From the NCBI RefSeq assembly GCF_006345805.1, contig NC_043026.1:7812001-7876000 (forward strand): a DNA stretch of 64,000 nt, in the 5' to 3' direction. Below are positions 35,813-49,835 of this stretch, piece after piece. Every line of letters starts with the position of its first letter. Position 1 is the first letter of the stretch. The notes below the pieces were generated by a model. That model was not told the origin of the DNA. It searched no databases and saw only the letters and a list, made by a program, of their open reading frames with translations. The translations under genes were made by a program, and so were the position numbers. This stretch comes from Octopus sinensis. Its lineage: Eukaryota.

Positions 35813-37747
35813 GTAAACTTTGTTTTCCTCGATGCTTCCCCTCCCTTTTGTTCAGCCTTTGTTCCTCTTATCCTCTCCTTACTCAATGGAAATCTCCCTT
35901 GTGTTCTTTATTATTTTGTCCTTGTGTTGCTGTCAATGTTTGAGGTCCCAGGGGTGGGGTGGTGGTTTCAATAAAATATAGTACTTGATGGTGTAGGCCC
36001 CTCCCTTCAAAACTCTTGTCCTTGTGTGACTAAATTTGAAACTATAAAGGTGGTGAGCTGGTAGAACTGTTGCAGGATCAGAAAAAAGAAAATGCTTTGG
36101 GGCTTTTGTTGTGTCTCTTTAGGTTCTGAGTTCAAATCCTGCCAAGGTCTAGCTTTGCTTTTCATCCCTTTGAGGTTAATAAAATAAAGCACCAGTCAAA
36201 TACTGGGGTCAGTGTAATCAACTAACTCCCTCCCCCTAAACTAGCTGGCCTTGTGCCAAAATTGGAAACAATCATCATCACCATTAATGTGGAGAGCTAG
36301 CTGAATGGTTAGCATGTTGGACAAGATGTTTAGTGGCATTTTGTCTGTTTTTATGTTCTGAGTTCAAATTCTACTGAGGTCGACTTTGCTTTTCATCCTT
36401 TTGGACTTGATAATGTAAGTACCAGTTGAGCATTGGGGCGGTCAATATCATCAACTGGTCCACTCTCCCACTATTTCTGGTTTTGTGCCTCGAGGAGAAT
36501 GGATTATTCTTGCTGTTGTTGTTGTTCTTTTATGTTGAGGGTTGTTGGGTGGTAGACTCCTGGCCCCCAAGTGACTTTAGAAGCATGTGTTGTGTCTGTG
36601 GAGGGTAGCATTTAGGTGTAGAATTGACAAAAGAGTAAAGTAGAATGAAGCTGGAGAAGAGGAAGGCCTGTGCAGGTGGGGGGGGTGAAGTTGACCTCGA
36701 GATGACAAAGGAATTGTTGTACGGGAAAAGGCCAGGTGAACTCAGGCAAATATCCAGACACAAATACAAAAATGGTGATGATGTTGCCATTTGTGTATAT
36801 ATATATATATATATAGATATATGTTGATGTCTAGGTACAGACATAATTATTTAGTTAAGAAACTTGCTGCTGTGTGGTTTCAGGTTCAGTCCCACTGCAC
36901 AGCACTTTAGGTTGGTGTCTTCTGCTGTAACCCTGGGTTGACCAAGGACTTGCGAGTGGATATGGTTGACAGAAACTGAAAGAAGCCTGTTGTGTGTATA
37001 TCTGCGTGTGCATATCCTTGTCTTGCAATGGTTATAAACGAACAATGATCATCATATCAGCAATGTTGCTGACTTTTCTGCAAATGTCTCTGGTCAGGGG
37101 GGAAATGTGACCTTGCTTGGAAAGAGGGGAGAGTTTGCTGACAGGAAACCTGCCACAACAAATTCCACCTGACTCATGCAAATATGGAAAAGATGTCATA
37201 TGATGATGATGATAAAGCATTCATGGATGTAGAGAATTAGTGTTATAATAGCAATGCCGTTGCAATACTCGTAAAGATATTGAAATATTACCTAACCTGT
37301 TGCTTGGTGTAACACCTCCACCCACCCTACCTGTTACCATGGGTGCCATTTGTGGAGTTAAGGTCTGTTACAAGCATTTATTTGAGGCCTCCAGTTTGAG
37401 AAAACTTTCTTCCTTTTCTCTCTTTCACCAATTTCAGAGGCCCTGTAGAGGTTCAAGATCACCATCTTCTCGCCTGTTGGTGGGTAGACTCCTGGTCCTT
37501 GACTGACTTCAGAGGTATGTGATGTCCATGGAGGGTAGCCTTTAGGTATAGAATTGGCAAAAGATTAAAGTAGAATGAAGCTGGATAAGAGGAAGGAACT
37601 CCATTTCAAATTTAGCAAGAGTAATTTAGATAGAGAGAGAGGGGGAGGGGGTGGGGGAGAAATTATTTCTGTGCATTTTACCTGTCATGTAAAATTACGT
37701 GTCATGTATGTGTTTAATTTTGTTGTTTGAAATCTGTTTCCTTCCAG

Positions 37748-37792
37748 CCCCATGCCAGTCCATCATCTAAACAGAATTTTGATTTGGATCAG
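37748..37792 (+). CDS. USP24: USP24 45-nt exon (PHASPSSKQNFDLDQ)
   Basis: cttccag acceptor, CAG|gtgagc donor, phase 0-0; positionally equivalent to the Ser-rich ...AMEQ segment before EK.LPGV. Confidence 0.82.
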
Positions 37793-39116
37793 GTGAGCTT
37801 GACTCTTTTCTATTATTATTATTATATTACTTTTTCCTGATAACCTTCCACCTACCACCCAACTATTAAAAATGCTGAATGGAATCATGGGATGAGATCA
37901 TCAAACTTCATCAGTGTCCTCATTACGGTATTTTCTACTAATTAGTTTTAATGTTGGCACTGCATGCATGTATGTTAATTAGACATAATTAATGACTATT
38001 GTTGTTTATATATAACCACAAATTGGAAATCATGTGAACTAGTTTTAATTATTGTCATTACTTCCTCATCAATATTAATCACCCTTTAATTACTGTCATT
38101 TAATCAATCCCTCTGTCTGGCTCCCCTCCCTCTCAGACATGTCTCTTAGCATTGGTGCCAAGCATATGGCAGCTACACCTGCCCCACTGGAAAGGATACT
38201 AATTATCTGAGTTAACACTCACTAATTCCAGTTTGCTCACCTGAGGGAATGTTGAATTTAGTTTTCTGGCCATAATACACAACACACTTGGCTTCAGCAA
38301 AGCATCACTCGGTGTCACTGGAGTACAACAGGTGTATATATATATCACTGGTGTATAACTGTTGTATTACCAATGTAAATATGTAAGTCACTAATGTGAA
38401 CACTGTTGTATGTTTTACCATTGAAAACTAACCTTGATGGGAGATACCAGTGATTGTATGGGAGAAGCTATTTGAACAGAGAAGGAATTCTATCATTTTC
38501 CATGCCCAACTGGGTTTGATAGGTCCTAATTGTCCAAATCAGTTTTTTATTTGAAATTATTATTCACACCTCCTTAAAAGGTCAGTAGACCACATCTCAC
38601 CTGTGTGTTCCATTTTCAGTTTGGTTCCTTCAGCTGTTTGCCCTTTCTATCATTAACTGCTTTACAAATGGCACTAAGTGTGTGTTTTATCGTTGCCCCA
38701 GCTGGCTGTGTCATTCTCTACAATTTCCTGAAAGTATTTCGTAGGGGTCTTGTTAGGATAAGAAGATACAATGTGGTTGACAGGGAATGAAGGGTTAAAT
38801 GACAAGGTGAGCTCCAGCACAGGTGGGAGACACTGTACTGGCAGTGGTGCTCTTCAGCAAGAACTCTTTACATACCAACCTGGAATTGTCCATGATTCTT
38901 TCCTACAAACTTCCTCTTTTAAAGCTATCTTTAATTCTTCCATCAAAATTCATTTCTGTTCCAAATGTCAGCTTAATTACAATAAAGTTATCTTTAGTAA
39001 ATTCTTCATTTTACTCAGGATGAATTGAAATCTAACATACACCACTTATCCATAAACCAAGTCTTCAGCAGTCCAATGTCTTTGTCAATGTTTTTTTTTT
39101 TTGTTATTGCTTTCAG

Positions 39117-39202
39117 GAGAAGATGCTTCCCGGTGTGATAATGGCGATTGGTGGACAAGTTTTTGATATGTTGTATCAATTAGCTGAACTGGAAGAGCCA
39201 AA
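39117..39202 (+). CDS. USP24: USP24 exon (EKMLPGVIMAIGGQVFDMLYQLAELEEP-K)
   Basis: tttcag acceptor, AA|gtaagc donor, 86 nt, phase 0-2. Confidence 0.95.
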
Positions 39203-40010
39203 GTAAGCACACACACACACATACACACACTTACCCTCCACTCTACCTCACCTTCTCCTCCTCCTCTCTCTCTCTCTCCCCTCCTCTCTCTTCCTCTCTC
39301 CTTGTTTCCCACCTCTTCAGCTATCCATGTTTCTCTGGGGTTTTTTTGGGTTTTTTTTGTCTGTCTGTTTGTCTCTGTATGTGCGTTTGCCCATTTATAC
39401 CTAGCAATATGTATTTATGTATCCTTTATATGTCTGTCTGTCCCTGGGTTTTCCACCCCTCATCTCAACCATTTAGTCACTTCTGGATTGTACTGTGTAT
39501 TTCTCCAGGATATTCGAAGCAGTTTCTTCCTTGCCACCACCACCACCACCACTACTATCACATAAACTGGGACTGAGCTAAACAATAAGAAGAAGAAAAG
39601 ACACAATAGGTACATGCAGTCCTAGATACACTTATACCTAAGTGAAAGATGTTCATGGCTGGAGCATCTTTGATCATAAGTTTGTTGGATCCACACTGAG
39701 CCAGAGCTAAGCAGCAACAACAGCAAGGAAGGACACATTAGATAATATAGTCCTAGATACACTATATTATGTGAATAAAAGATGGGATGGTCATGGCTGG
39801 AACATTTTTGGTCTGTTGGATTAGCACTGACCTAGTGTCAAACAGTTAGCCCCTCCCCCCCTCCTATATTTCAGTAACATGTAAACCATCTTTAACCTTT
39901 CTTATATCGATGTAATGTATCTCTCTTTCTTTCTATTTCTCTCTTCTTTCTCTCTCTCTCTTTCTCTTACTCTCTCTGTCCGTGTCCCCTGTTGTGGTGC
40001 CGTTGGCCAG

Positions 40011-40095
40011 AATCACATGTCGGGTGAGGAAGCTGTTGATGTTGATCCCTACTGACCCTTCCATATCGGACGCCTTTGATTCCATCAGTCAACGA
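40011..40095 (+). CDS. USP24: USP24 exon (ITCRVRKLLMLIPTDP...SQR)
   Basis: gccag acceptor, CGA|gtgagt donor, 85 nt, phase 2-0. Confidence 0.94.
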
Positions 40096-41589
40096 GTGAG
40101 TCACTTCTTTTTTCATTTTCTACCCTCATTTCCCCCCTGCAATAAACACTGTCACATAACACCCACCCCCAGTAAGTTAGACAAATGTCACACCCAAGAC
40201 AAGTTTCAACTCTCATCCACTTAACTTTATTTAAATCTAAGCAAACAAGTGAGGTTGCAAGGGAAGGTGGTGTTGAGTGTATTGCCCAAGGCTTATCATT
40301 TCATCAAGTTTAAAAAGTCGCATCAAACTCAAAAGGTATTGATAGACATAAAGGCTTCATTTATTTCTAAATGAGGCTTTATGCCACAGAATTGACTAGC
40401 CCCTAGTATGTTAGTGATATCACCAATGACCTTTCCCTAATCCATGAAAGGTAAAGTCAACCCTGGTAGATTTGAAGTGGGGGCAGCGAGGGGTGAGCAG
40501 GGAAGGAAAGGAGGGATGAATAATATATAAATCTTACACAGTCCTAAGATATGTAGTCCACAGGGGATGCTGTAAGCCTTAGCAAGATATTTTCCACCAA
40601 AGATTCTCAAACTTCCTGTAATGTCAGAATTCTTTATGGTTGTAACACAAGTCTGTAGACAAACAGAGAGAGAAAGAGTTGAGATGTGTGATTCTTCTTT
40701 ATACTACATTCCCTACAACTGAATATTTTATTTCATGAGCTCTGGCTCTCATCAGGTGGTGTGAAAAGACAGATTGCTTGCGGGGTCTTATAAATGATAT
40801 AAACAAATGCAGACCATATCCTCATGGGGATGTGTCTTGGCAGGTGAACAGAAGAGAGAAACAGTAGAATCAACAAGGGTGTGAGTGAGAGATGGATGTA
40901 AGCACAGAGTTGGAGGTGCTTAGATATATATATATATATACATACATAGGAGGTAACTAGTTTCATAACTTTTGTCTGAAAGAAAGTCTAATTACAGGTA
41001 AATACAGGTAAACTGAACAACATATAAAATTATAAAAATTTTGTTTAAACATCACCAGAGAAAATAAGTTATTAGCAATTGAGTCTACAACGAAGTTTTA
41101 ATATAAAAGAATTGCACACGTTACTGGATTCTCTCTCCGTTTGTAATTCTGGGTGGCTTTCTTGTATCCATAATAATGTCAATGGTGAAGGTGCAAGGCT
41201 CTGTGATTAGAGGTAGTGAGTTTGATTCCTGGACTGGGCTGTGTGTTGTGTTCTTGAGCAAGACACTTTATTGCACATTACTCTAGTTCATTCAACTATA
41301 TAAATGAGTTGTGGCATCACTGGTGCCAAGCTGTATCGGCCCCTTTGCCCTTCCCTTGGATAACATCGGTGGCATGGAGAGAAGAGGCTGGTATGGATAG
41401 ATGACTTCTGGACTTCCATAAACAACCTTGCTTCGACTTGTGCCTCGGAAGGGAACTTTCTAAGTGCAATCCCATGGTCATGCATGACTGAAGCGGGTGG
41501 GTCTCTCTTGAATGTCAATAGCAAAAAATGGTTGGGTTTCCTCTTTATATTTTGTGTAATGATTTATTTCTTCAGCAGTTGCTTCAAAG

Positions 41590-42582
41590 AGAAAAAATAA
41601 AATCTTGAAGTAGTTGATAGCTTCTGTTACCTTGGTGACCAAATCACTAGCAGGGGTGGATGCTCTGAAAGTGTAGCTGCTAGAATAAGAATAGCCTGGG
41701 CAAAGTTTAGAGAGCTCCTACCTCTGTTGGTGATAAAGGGCCTCTCACTCAGAGTAAAAGGTAGACTGTATGATGCATGTATGTGAACAGCCATGCTACA
41801 TGGCAGTGAAATATGGGCTGTGACTGCTGAGGACATGTGTAAGCTTGCAAGGAATGAAGCTAGTATGCTCCGATGGATGTGTCTTGTCAGTGTGCATACA
41901 GAACAGTGTAAGCACCCTGAGAGAAATGTTGGACATAAGAAGCATCAGATGTAGTGTGCAAGAGAGACGACTGCGCTGGTGTGGTCATGTGTTGCATATG
42001 GATGGGGACAGCTGTGTAAAAAAGTGTTACACTCTAGCAGTAGAGGGAACCTGTGGAAGAGGTAGACCCAGGAAGACCTGGGATGAGGTGGTGAAGCACG
42101 ACCTTCGAATGTGTCCTTCACAGAGGCGATAACAAGTGACCGAGACCTTTTGAGATATGCTGTGCTTGAGAAGACCCAGCAAGCCAAGTGAGACCATAAC
42201 TGTGGCCTATGTCAGTGCAGCATAACCAGCCCATTTAAGACTACCCTTCAATCATTGGGCAATAAACTGCATTTGTGAAGACCTGTTGAGTCAAGTGAGG
42301 TTATTGTCATGGTTGATGACAGTACCGCCTGATTGGCACGTAAAAAAACCATTCGAGTGTGGTCGATGCCAGTGCTGCCTGACTGGTCTTGTGCTGGTGG
42401 CACATAAAAAACAACCCACTACACATGGAGTGGTTGGCGTTAAGAAGAGCATCCAGCTGTAGAGACTTTGCCAGATCAGATTGGAGCTTGGTGCAGCTTC
42501 CTTGCTTGCCAATCCTCAGTCAGACTGTCCAATCCATGCCAGCATGAAAAGCAGATGTTAAATGATGACAATGATGATGATG
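41590..42582 (+). mobile_element. 5'-truncated RTE-clade LINE with stop codon and frameshift
   Basis: LEVVDSFCYLGDQI...AWAKFRELL...GRGRPRKTWDEVVKHDL; same family as 12200-13630 in the opposite orientation; (GAT)n tail. Confidence 0.92.
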
Positions 42583-43722
42583 ATAATTCACATATAAGTT
42601 CATTTCTTTTTGGAAATCAAAATGTCTGGGTCACAATTTCACATTGGATTTTTTTCTTATGTTCACCATATATTTTGTATATTTTGCTAGATTTCTTTTG
42701 GAAATCCTTTGAATTTGGATTCGCTACTTCACAACATAAAATTGCTGTCCATTTTATGTCTGGAGTCAAAAATTCCAGAAAATCCATGTGGGAAACAGCT
42801 TGGAAACATCTCCAAAAATCCAAAGAACTCAGACATCAATGGTGGACACTTGAACTCAGTTGTTTGTGGAATGAAATCACTTGTTTTCACAAACGAGATT
42901 TGTGCTGAAATTCTCATTTAAATATAAATAGGTTATCTCAGGTAGCTTTGAGTGGGTTAGTAATGAAAGGATTATCTCTGGGCCTTGTAGCAGACATTTT
43001 AAAGGGTTTCTAGATTGAAAAATGTGGTTACTTTATCAAATTAATTTTGTTTTCGTGGGTTCAACTACAGATCCAGCAACGAGTGTTGGTTACAATCTCT
43101 GGTCTCTGATTAGTTAAATTATAATTAGTTTTAGTGATCCAAAATACGAGGGATCCAACAGGGGAAGACATTACGGAGATGGAGGGGGGGAAAGGCTCAA
43201 TGTGATGGAAATAGTTGCTTTATTGTCTTGATATGAGAAGGACACATTAAATAATGTAGTTGTTGACAGGCAATAAAAACTGATGGGATGGTCATAGCTG
43301 GAACACCTTTGATCATGGATCTGTTCAGTGGGGGTTGACCTGGGGTCAAACAACAACAAAAAGAAACTATATAATATAATAACACATTTCCAACAACATA
43401 AACAAACACTCCTCTGCCTCCATCCCCCTTGATTTTGTTTCTTGATAACTTTCTTAATTAGGCATAAAGTTTTAATGAACGATCACACAGCAGCATTATT
43501 TCAATGGCTGAAGATGATGATTCTGTCAATGAAAGTTTATTAAGTTTAAGAGAACAAAACATGGCCTTTTTAATGAGTCTGAAAGTTCTTAATCATTAAT
43601 TTGGTTGTTGATCATTTAAAAACAAAAAAACATGAAATTTCATTTAATGTTTAATCAAACACAGTGTGTGTGCGCATGTGTGTGTGTGTGTGTGTGTGTA
43701 CGTGTCTGTGCATGAGTATATC

Positions 43723-44537
43723 CAGGGTGCAGCAAATAAACTGTCGTCTAAATTATACAAAAATAAAAATACCTTGAAATACTAAAGAGTAAATTGATTC
43801 AATAAAATCCCCTTTTGGCTTCAACCATGGCCTCCAGACGACTTCGGAATCTCCTGCAACTCTTCTGGACGGTCTCCTTGTTTAAGTTGGTGAATGCTGC
43901 TATAATCCTTGCCTTCAGTTCATCTTTGGTGTTACAAGGAGTTTTGTTGGTCTCTTGCTCAACTGCGTCCCACACATAATAATCAAAGGGTTGCGGACTG
44001 GGGAGTTAGGTGACCAGATGTGGTCGCAGAAATTGTCTGAAAGCCACGACTGGTTTCTCCTACTTGTGTGGCATGGTGCAGAGTTCTGTTGCCAGACATA
44101 GTCTTCCAGCGACCACTCTCTTGACCCAGGGCAGCACTACTTCCTCCAGGCACTTGATGTAAGCAACTATGTGGAGTCTGAAGCTGTGTGGAAAGATGAA
44201 TGGAGGCATAACCTCACCATCATCAGAGATCACTTCAGACACCTTGATGTTGACTGGATGTTTGATTTTTATCACTCTTGGTACATGTCTTCAGATTGCA
44301 CAGTCCTCACATTGACACCCAAACACTCTGAAATGTTCGTATCAGACCTTCTGGCATGAATGCCAAGCAGCATAGCATGTCATTTTCAAATTTCTGGTGA
44401 AGTGAATTGTATCATAGTGCTGTTTTTCTCACAGACGGTACCCAACTACACTGTGTGATTGACAAAATCAAAAACAAACAATGCACATGCACAAAATTAA
44501 GAAAATAAAATGGCAACAATTTACCCATCACACCCTG
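43723..44537 (-). mobile_element. Internally deleted maT/DD37D-like Tc1/mariner element
   Basis: Termini cagggtg / caccctg(ta); transposase relics VISDDGEVMPPFIFP, YIKCLEEVVLPW, VWQQNSAPCH, WSPNSP. Confidence 0.82.
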
Positions 44538-45253
44538 TATTCATATGTATATATATGTGTGTGTGTGTGTGTGTGCATGTGTAGATCATCATAATCATTT
44601 AATGGTGTGCTGGTATCATGTGAGAAGCACCCAGTCCACTCTTAAAATGGTTTACATTTGGAAAGGCATCCAGCTCTAAAGACCATGCCAAAGCAGACAT
44701 CAGAGCTTGGCACAATCTCTAGGCTTCTGAGGTGCTGCCAAACCATCCAACTCTTACCAGCCGTGGAAGACTGACATTAAACAATGATGTTGATGTATGT
44801 AGCAAGAGATGGGGAGTGTTGGTAGAAAGTCTTCTTGTATTTTTGTAGGTTCGATATATACTGGGACATATTTAATATCTCTTCATTTTATGTTGATAAT
44901 CAATCAAATCAATAACCAATCAGCTTCATGTTATAGATTATTGTTTTATGATATCCAGTGATCATAAGCAGTTTATTGAATGATTAGGAAAAAATTGATT
45001 GTTCTTCCTGAGTAAAAAAGCAAAAAAATTATTTTTTAAATTAAAAAGAAATATTTTTATCAACATAATTGTCATTGTCAGCACTTTTGAAAACATAAAC
45101 GCTGCATAATTTGATTAAAAGGAAATCTGTATCATGAGTAAAGTATGCTGAAACAAAGCTGGTGGAGCGCCTGGTTTCAGTTATGTCCTTCCAGGAAACA
45201 TCTCCTGGTTTCTAGGTTTTTTTAAAGATATATTCATTTGTTAATTTGTTTAG

Positions 45254-45445
45254 ATGGAAGTGAAACAGTCATGTCCTGCAGATGATGTAAGTCCTCGGTC
45301 GAGTCCTAAAAAGGCCTCCACTCATGCAACATCGTGCACCCCTTCAGTCAGTTCTTCAAAACTCAGCCCTCACGAAATACTCCGCTCGTTGCTCAGTGCC
45401 GCGGGGCCAGATATGTCAGCATTTCGACTTCTCTACAATCTAGAA
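45254..45445 (+). CDS. USP24: USP24 exon (MEVKQSCP...MSAFRLLYNLE)
   Basis: tttag acceptor, GAA|gtaagt donor, 192 nt. Confidence 0.92.
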
Positions 45446-47157
45446 GTAAGTCATTTCAAACTGAAGAAACTGTTGTTATTGTTTTTATTATGAATTGTTT
45501 TTTTTTCTTCAAATTCTGGTCAGGTGATATTCACATCTATTTTAGGTGAAATTCTAATGAATCGTTGCTCTTATTAATGGCAGTGAAGGTAATGAGCTGG
45601 CAGAATTGTTAGCAAGCCAGACAAAAAACTTTGCAGCATTTCATCATTTCATTTGTCTTTGGAAATGGGTGAGAGTTGGTGACAGGAAGAGCATCCAGTT
45701 GTTGAAAATTCACCTCAGTAAATTTCCATCTGATCTATGCAAGCATGGGAAAGTAGATATATGTTGATGAGGGTAAAGGAAGAGGTCGACAGGGACTTCA
45801 AAGTTTTGTTCAGTGTGTGTTTTCTTCTTAAATATTACATTTGTTACAAAGGAAAATTTTGACTGTTACTTTGAAGTTTTGGTTATGTAGCCATCATCAA
45901 ACTGCCTAATGAAAGCTTCTATGGTGAAACTTTTCAGTCACTATCAACCTTAATGTATTCTGCTAACACAAAAGCAAATGGAAGCCCAAAATGATCTATT
46001 TGCTTGCCAAGACATTTGACTGTGTAAACTTCAGGGTGTTCATCACATCTTAAACATTTGTGTGTTATATTGGAACCAAAAGGCACCCATCAAAGCAGAT
46101 AAGGAACTGTCAGAACCTGCATAAGACAAGGATGTATATTATCTATTTAATAGCAGCACTGAGTATGTGTTTAAAGATTCAAACAAGATGAAAGGACTCT
46201 CAGCCAATGATATGAACATATACAATGTAAGATATGGTGATGACACAGCGTTTATTGGTAGACAACAATGAGAAATTATAAGAAATTGTTGATGTAAAAG
46301 AGGAAAATGACAAGAAAGGCCTAAATGTGAATGAAAAAAAATGACGAAAATAATGGTTGTTTGTAAGAAAGAGCAAAAGGCTGCAAATATAAAGGCAGAT
46401 GGACAGAAACTTGAATAAGTGGGGAAAAAAACCCCAAAAAAACTGAGTATTTTGGGCAAATAAACAAAGGACGTCACTGCCAAAGTTACTCAAAAAATAA
46501 ATAAGGTTAAAATAACATTTGTAAGAAGGAAAAAGATCTTCACCTCAAAAGACACAACACTGCAGCACCTAGAATTTGAGACTTAGGAATCTGATATATT
46601 CTGTCAGTCTTCCTTTATGGAGCAGAAACTTGGACGATGTAGAGAGTAATGGAGGAAAAAGTAGAAAGATGGAATAAACAGCTGAAAGTCCAAAGACATC
46701 TGTTGTTGAGAATCAAGCCCACTAAGCTGTCATATTTAAGAGATACAATGTGCCAAGTGTAGAGGGAAAGAGAGCAAGAGTCCATGAAAGGTGTTTGTGG
46801 AATGATGGCTTTAAGAATGGAGTGGAAAGAAGAGCCTGCTTGATTGTATGCAGCAGAGCGAATTGGAGAGCCTTGGCAGGCTGACCTGGAGAACACAAGG
46901 CACCTAGTTGATGGTTGATTTTACATATGTATATATGAAAACAATGAGCAAGCCAAAACTTGTAAGTCGCTGTCAATCATTTCATTCTAAAAGTTAATAA
47001 ATATACACTCTGCTAAAAAGTATTGTGCAATGCTTCAATTTCATGTTAGATTTATACATTCGACTAAAAATTCTTCAAGGCGGTGCCCCAGCGTGGCTGA
47101 GGTCTAATGACTGAAATGAATGAAAGATAAAAGATAGAGTGTGTGTGTGTGTGTGAA

Positions 47158-48056
47158 ATAATGAATGGTGACAGACTAAGCTTTGAACAAAGGAAATTTC
47201 GCCTCAAGTGGTTCTGAAAATTTGGAAATAGAGCAGAAGTGCAAAACCAGTTTAGGATAGAGTTTCAAACAGATCCATGGACATGACTTAGCATCTCTTG
47301 AACTAGACATAAGTTTGAAGCAGATGGAACTGTTCAGAATGTCCACAAGAAATATTCCAGAAGACCACAGTCATTGATGCAAATCAAAAAGCAAAAAAGG
47401 TTACTGGAAACGTATTGCCAGAGTTCAAGAGAATCTGTTTGGCAGGCAAGTTGTGATATAGGAATTTCAAAATCGAGTGTCCATCTTGTTTCAAAGCACT
47501 GTCATTGGAAAAGTTACATTCCAAGAACAGTCTACAATAGTCTCAATGAAGATGACTGAGATAAAAGAGTGGAGTTTTGTGAGTGGTATTTGAAAATCGA
47601 CATTTTATGGAGGAATATCATGTTTATTTACCAGGAGTTACAATATTCAGCAAAATGGGGCACCCTATACTACCATAGTAATGTAAGGGTCTGTCTTCAT
47701 GAGATTTTGCTGAACAGGTAGACTGGATAAAGAGGGTTCAGTAAAATACCCTCCACATTCATCAGACCTCACACCACTAGGCCTTTTTATCATGGGGATG
47801 CTTAAATGATAAAAGTTACACTTTGTAACCAGCAACAGTGAACAAACTGAGGCCAGCCATGGAGCACAAATGGCAAACGAAATGTTTTTTGATGTTTGTG
47901 ATTCCATTTCTTCACATGTCTGGATTAGAAATGGTCATCAGTTTGGAAACGGACATTCATAAAATGTAAAATTCTGTCTGCAGCAGATTCTATTAAATTT
48001 TGAAAATTTCTTTATGATCATTCAATGTGTGTATACACAATTTTCAGAACACCTGA
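47158..48056 (+). mobile_element. Decayed Tc1/mariner-superfamily element with DUF4817-like N-terminal HTH
   Basis: MNGDRLSFEQRKF.LKW...VQNQFRIEF, RVEFCEW, PPHSSDLTPL (PPRSPDLTPL-like); terminus ttttcagaacacctg. Confidence 0.7.
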
Positions 48057-48102
48057 TATATGTGTGTGTGTGTGTGTGTGTGTACATGTATATATATATA
48101 TA

Positions 48103-49700
48103 CTGTGGGGGGAAATAAATATTCGTACATGTCAAAATTATTTATTTATTTAATTTCTAATGAAAATAAATGGGATATACCAATACTATATTTGCATACA
48201 CATGCATAAACTAAGAATATGCAAAAGAAACTAATAAATTATAGTAAGTAAGGAATTTATATTCAGTTATAGATATTTAGGGGTGAAAAAAGTATTCGTA
48301 CAGAACATAATTAACTGATAATTCTGATTTAATACTTCGTAGCATAACCATTATTCAGTTCCACTTCAACCAATCTCTTCTTGTAGTTCTTAATCAATGA
48401 CTCGCATGTTTCTTTAGGAATTTTTTCCCATTCTTCTTGACAAATTTTCTTCAAATCTGTAATGCACGTTGGGGCTCTTGAATGAATTTTAATTTTCAAA
48501 TAACGCCACAAATTTTCAATGGGGTTCAAGTCAGGTGACTGGCTTGGCCATTCTAATAATTTTATATTGTGATCCACAATCCATTTTTTGGTAGACTTCA
48601 CCGTGTGCTTAGGGTTGTTATCCTGTTGTAAAACCCACCCTTCACAAAGCTGGAGCTTTTCTACAGAGTCCCATAAATTATTGCTCAAAATATTTTGGTA
48701 CATCTCTGCATTCATTCTACCATCTATCACATGTAAATTGCCAGTACCATTTGCAGAGAAACACCCCCACACCATGATGTTGCCACCTCCAAACTTTATG
48801 GTAGGAATTGTGTTTTTCGGTGAATAGGTGATACCATCTTTCCTCCAAACATGGCTATGCGAATTTCGTCCAAACAATTCAATTTTTGACTCGTCTGTCC
48901 ATAGAAAATTTTCCCAGAATGTATCAGATTTATCTTTATGTTCATAAACAAATTTTTAACAGGCATCTCTATACCTTTTAGTCAACAGCGGAGTTTTTCT
49001 AGGAGAGCGTGACTTCAGTTCATTCCTATGAAGTTCATTGCTGATAGTTCGTAGTGTAACACTACCCTGAAGCTAACAAATCTTGCAACTCCTTTCTGGT
49101 GATCATTGCGCTTTTTTCGATTCTTCACTTCATTTTTCTTAAAGATCTAGGGAAAATCTTGCGTAGTGGACCGGATCTTATTCTGTTTCCGACAGTTCCC
49201 AATTTTTTATATCTTTGAATAAATGAAGATGTGGTAGAAAATGGAATACAAAGGGTCTCTGATATTTTCCTGTAAATTTTACTTGCTTTCCACTGTTCAA
49301 TAATTAAGTTTTTCACTGAATTTGTGAGTTTTCTACTTTTCACCATTATTACGATACTACTTTATGTTGTCTCAGTGCTGAATGAAGAAGCTAGCGTTTT
49401 GGCACTTAAAAATGACAACTGATAAGATTATTGGAACAAACGAGAAAGTTCTAGTAAAAAAATTATTTTAACAGTATTTTGTGGCATAGAAAATCATAAA
49501 TTTAATCTGTACGAATACTTTTTTCATCCCTAAATATTTATAATTGTATATAAATTCATTAGTTACTATAATTTATTAGTTTCTTTTGCATATTCTTAGT
49601 TTATGCATGTGTATGCAAATATAGTATTGGTATATCCCATTTATGTTCATTAGAAATTAGATAAATAATTTTGACATGTACGAATATTTATTTCCCCCCA

Positions 49701-49703
<3 letters not shown>
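48103..49703 (-). mobile_element. Near full-length Tc1 (DD34E) transposon with ~200-bp IR/DR terminal repeats
   Basis: TIRs c(a/t)gtggggggaaataaatattcgtacatgtc..., inner direct repeats aaaaaagtattcgtaca, TA flanks; transposase 49346 to 48329 with WTDESK, QQDNNPKH, WPSQSPDLNPIENLW, interrupted by a frameshift and stop. Confidence 0.95.
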
Positions 49704-49748
<45 letters not shown>

Positions 49749-49835
49749 ATCTGTATCTCTGTTTATCTAAATAGATACATCCCCACAGCATGTTATTTTC
49801 TCCTTCTCCCCTTTTGTCTCCCTCTCTTTGTGCAG

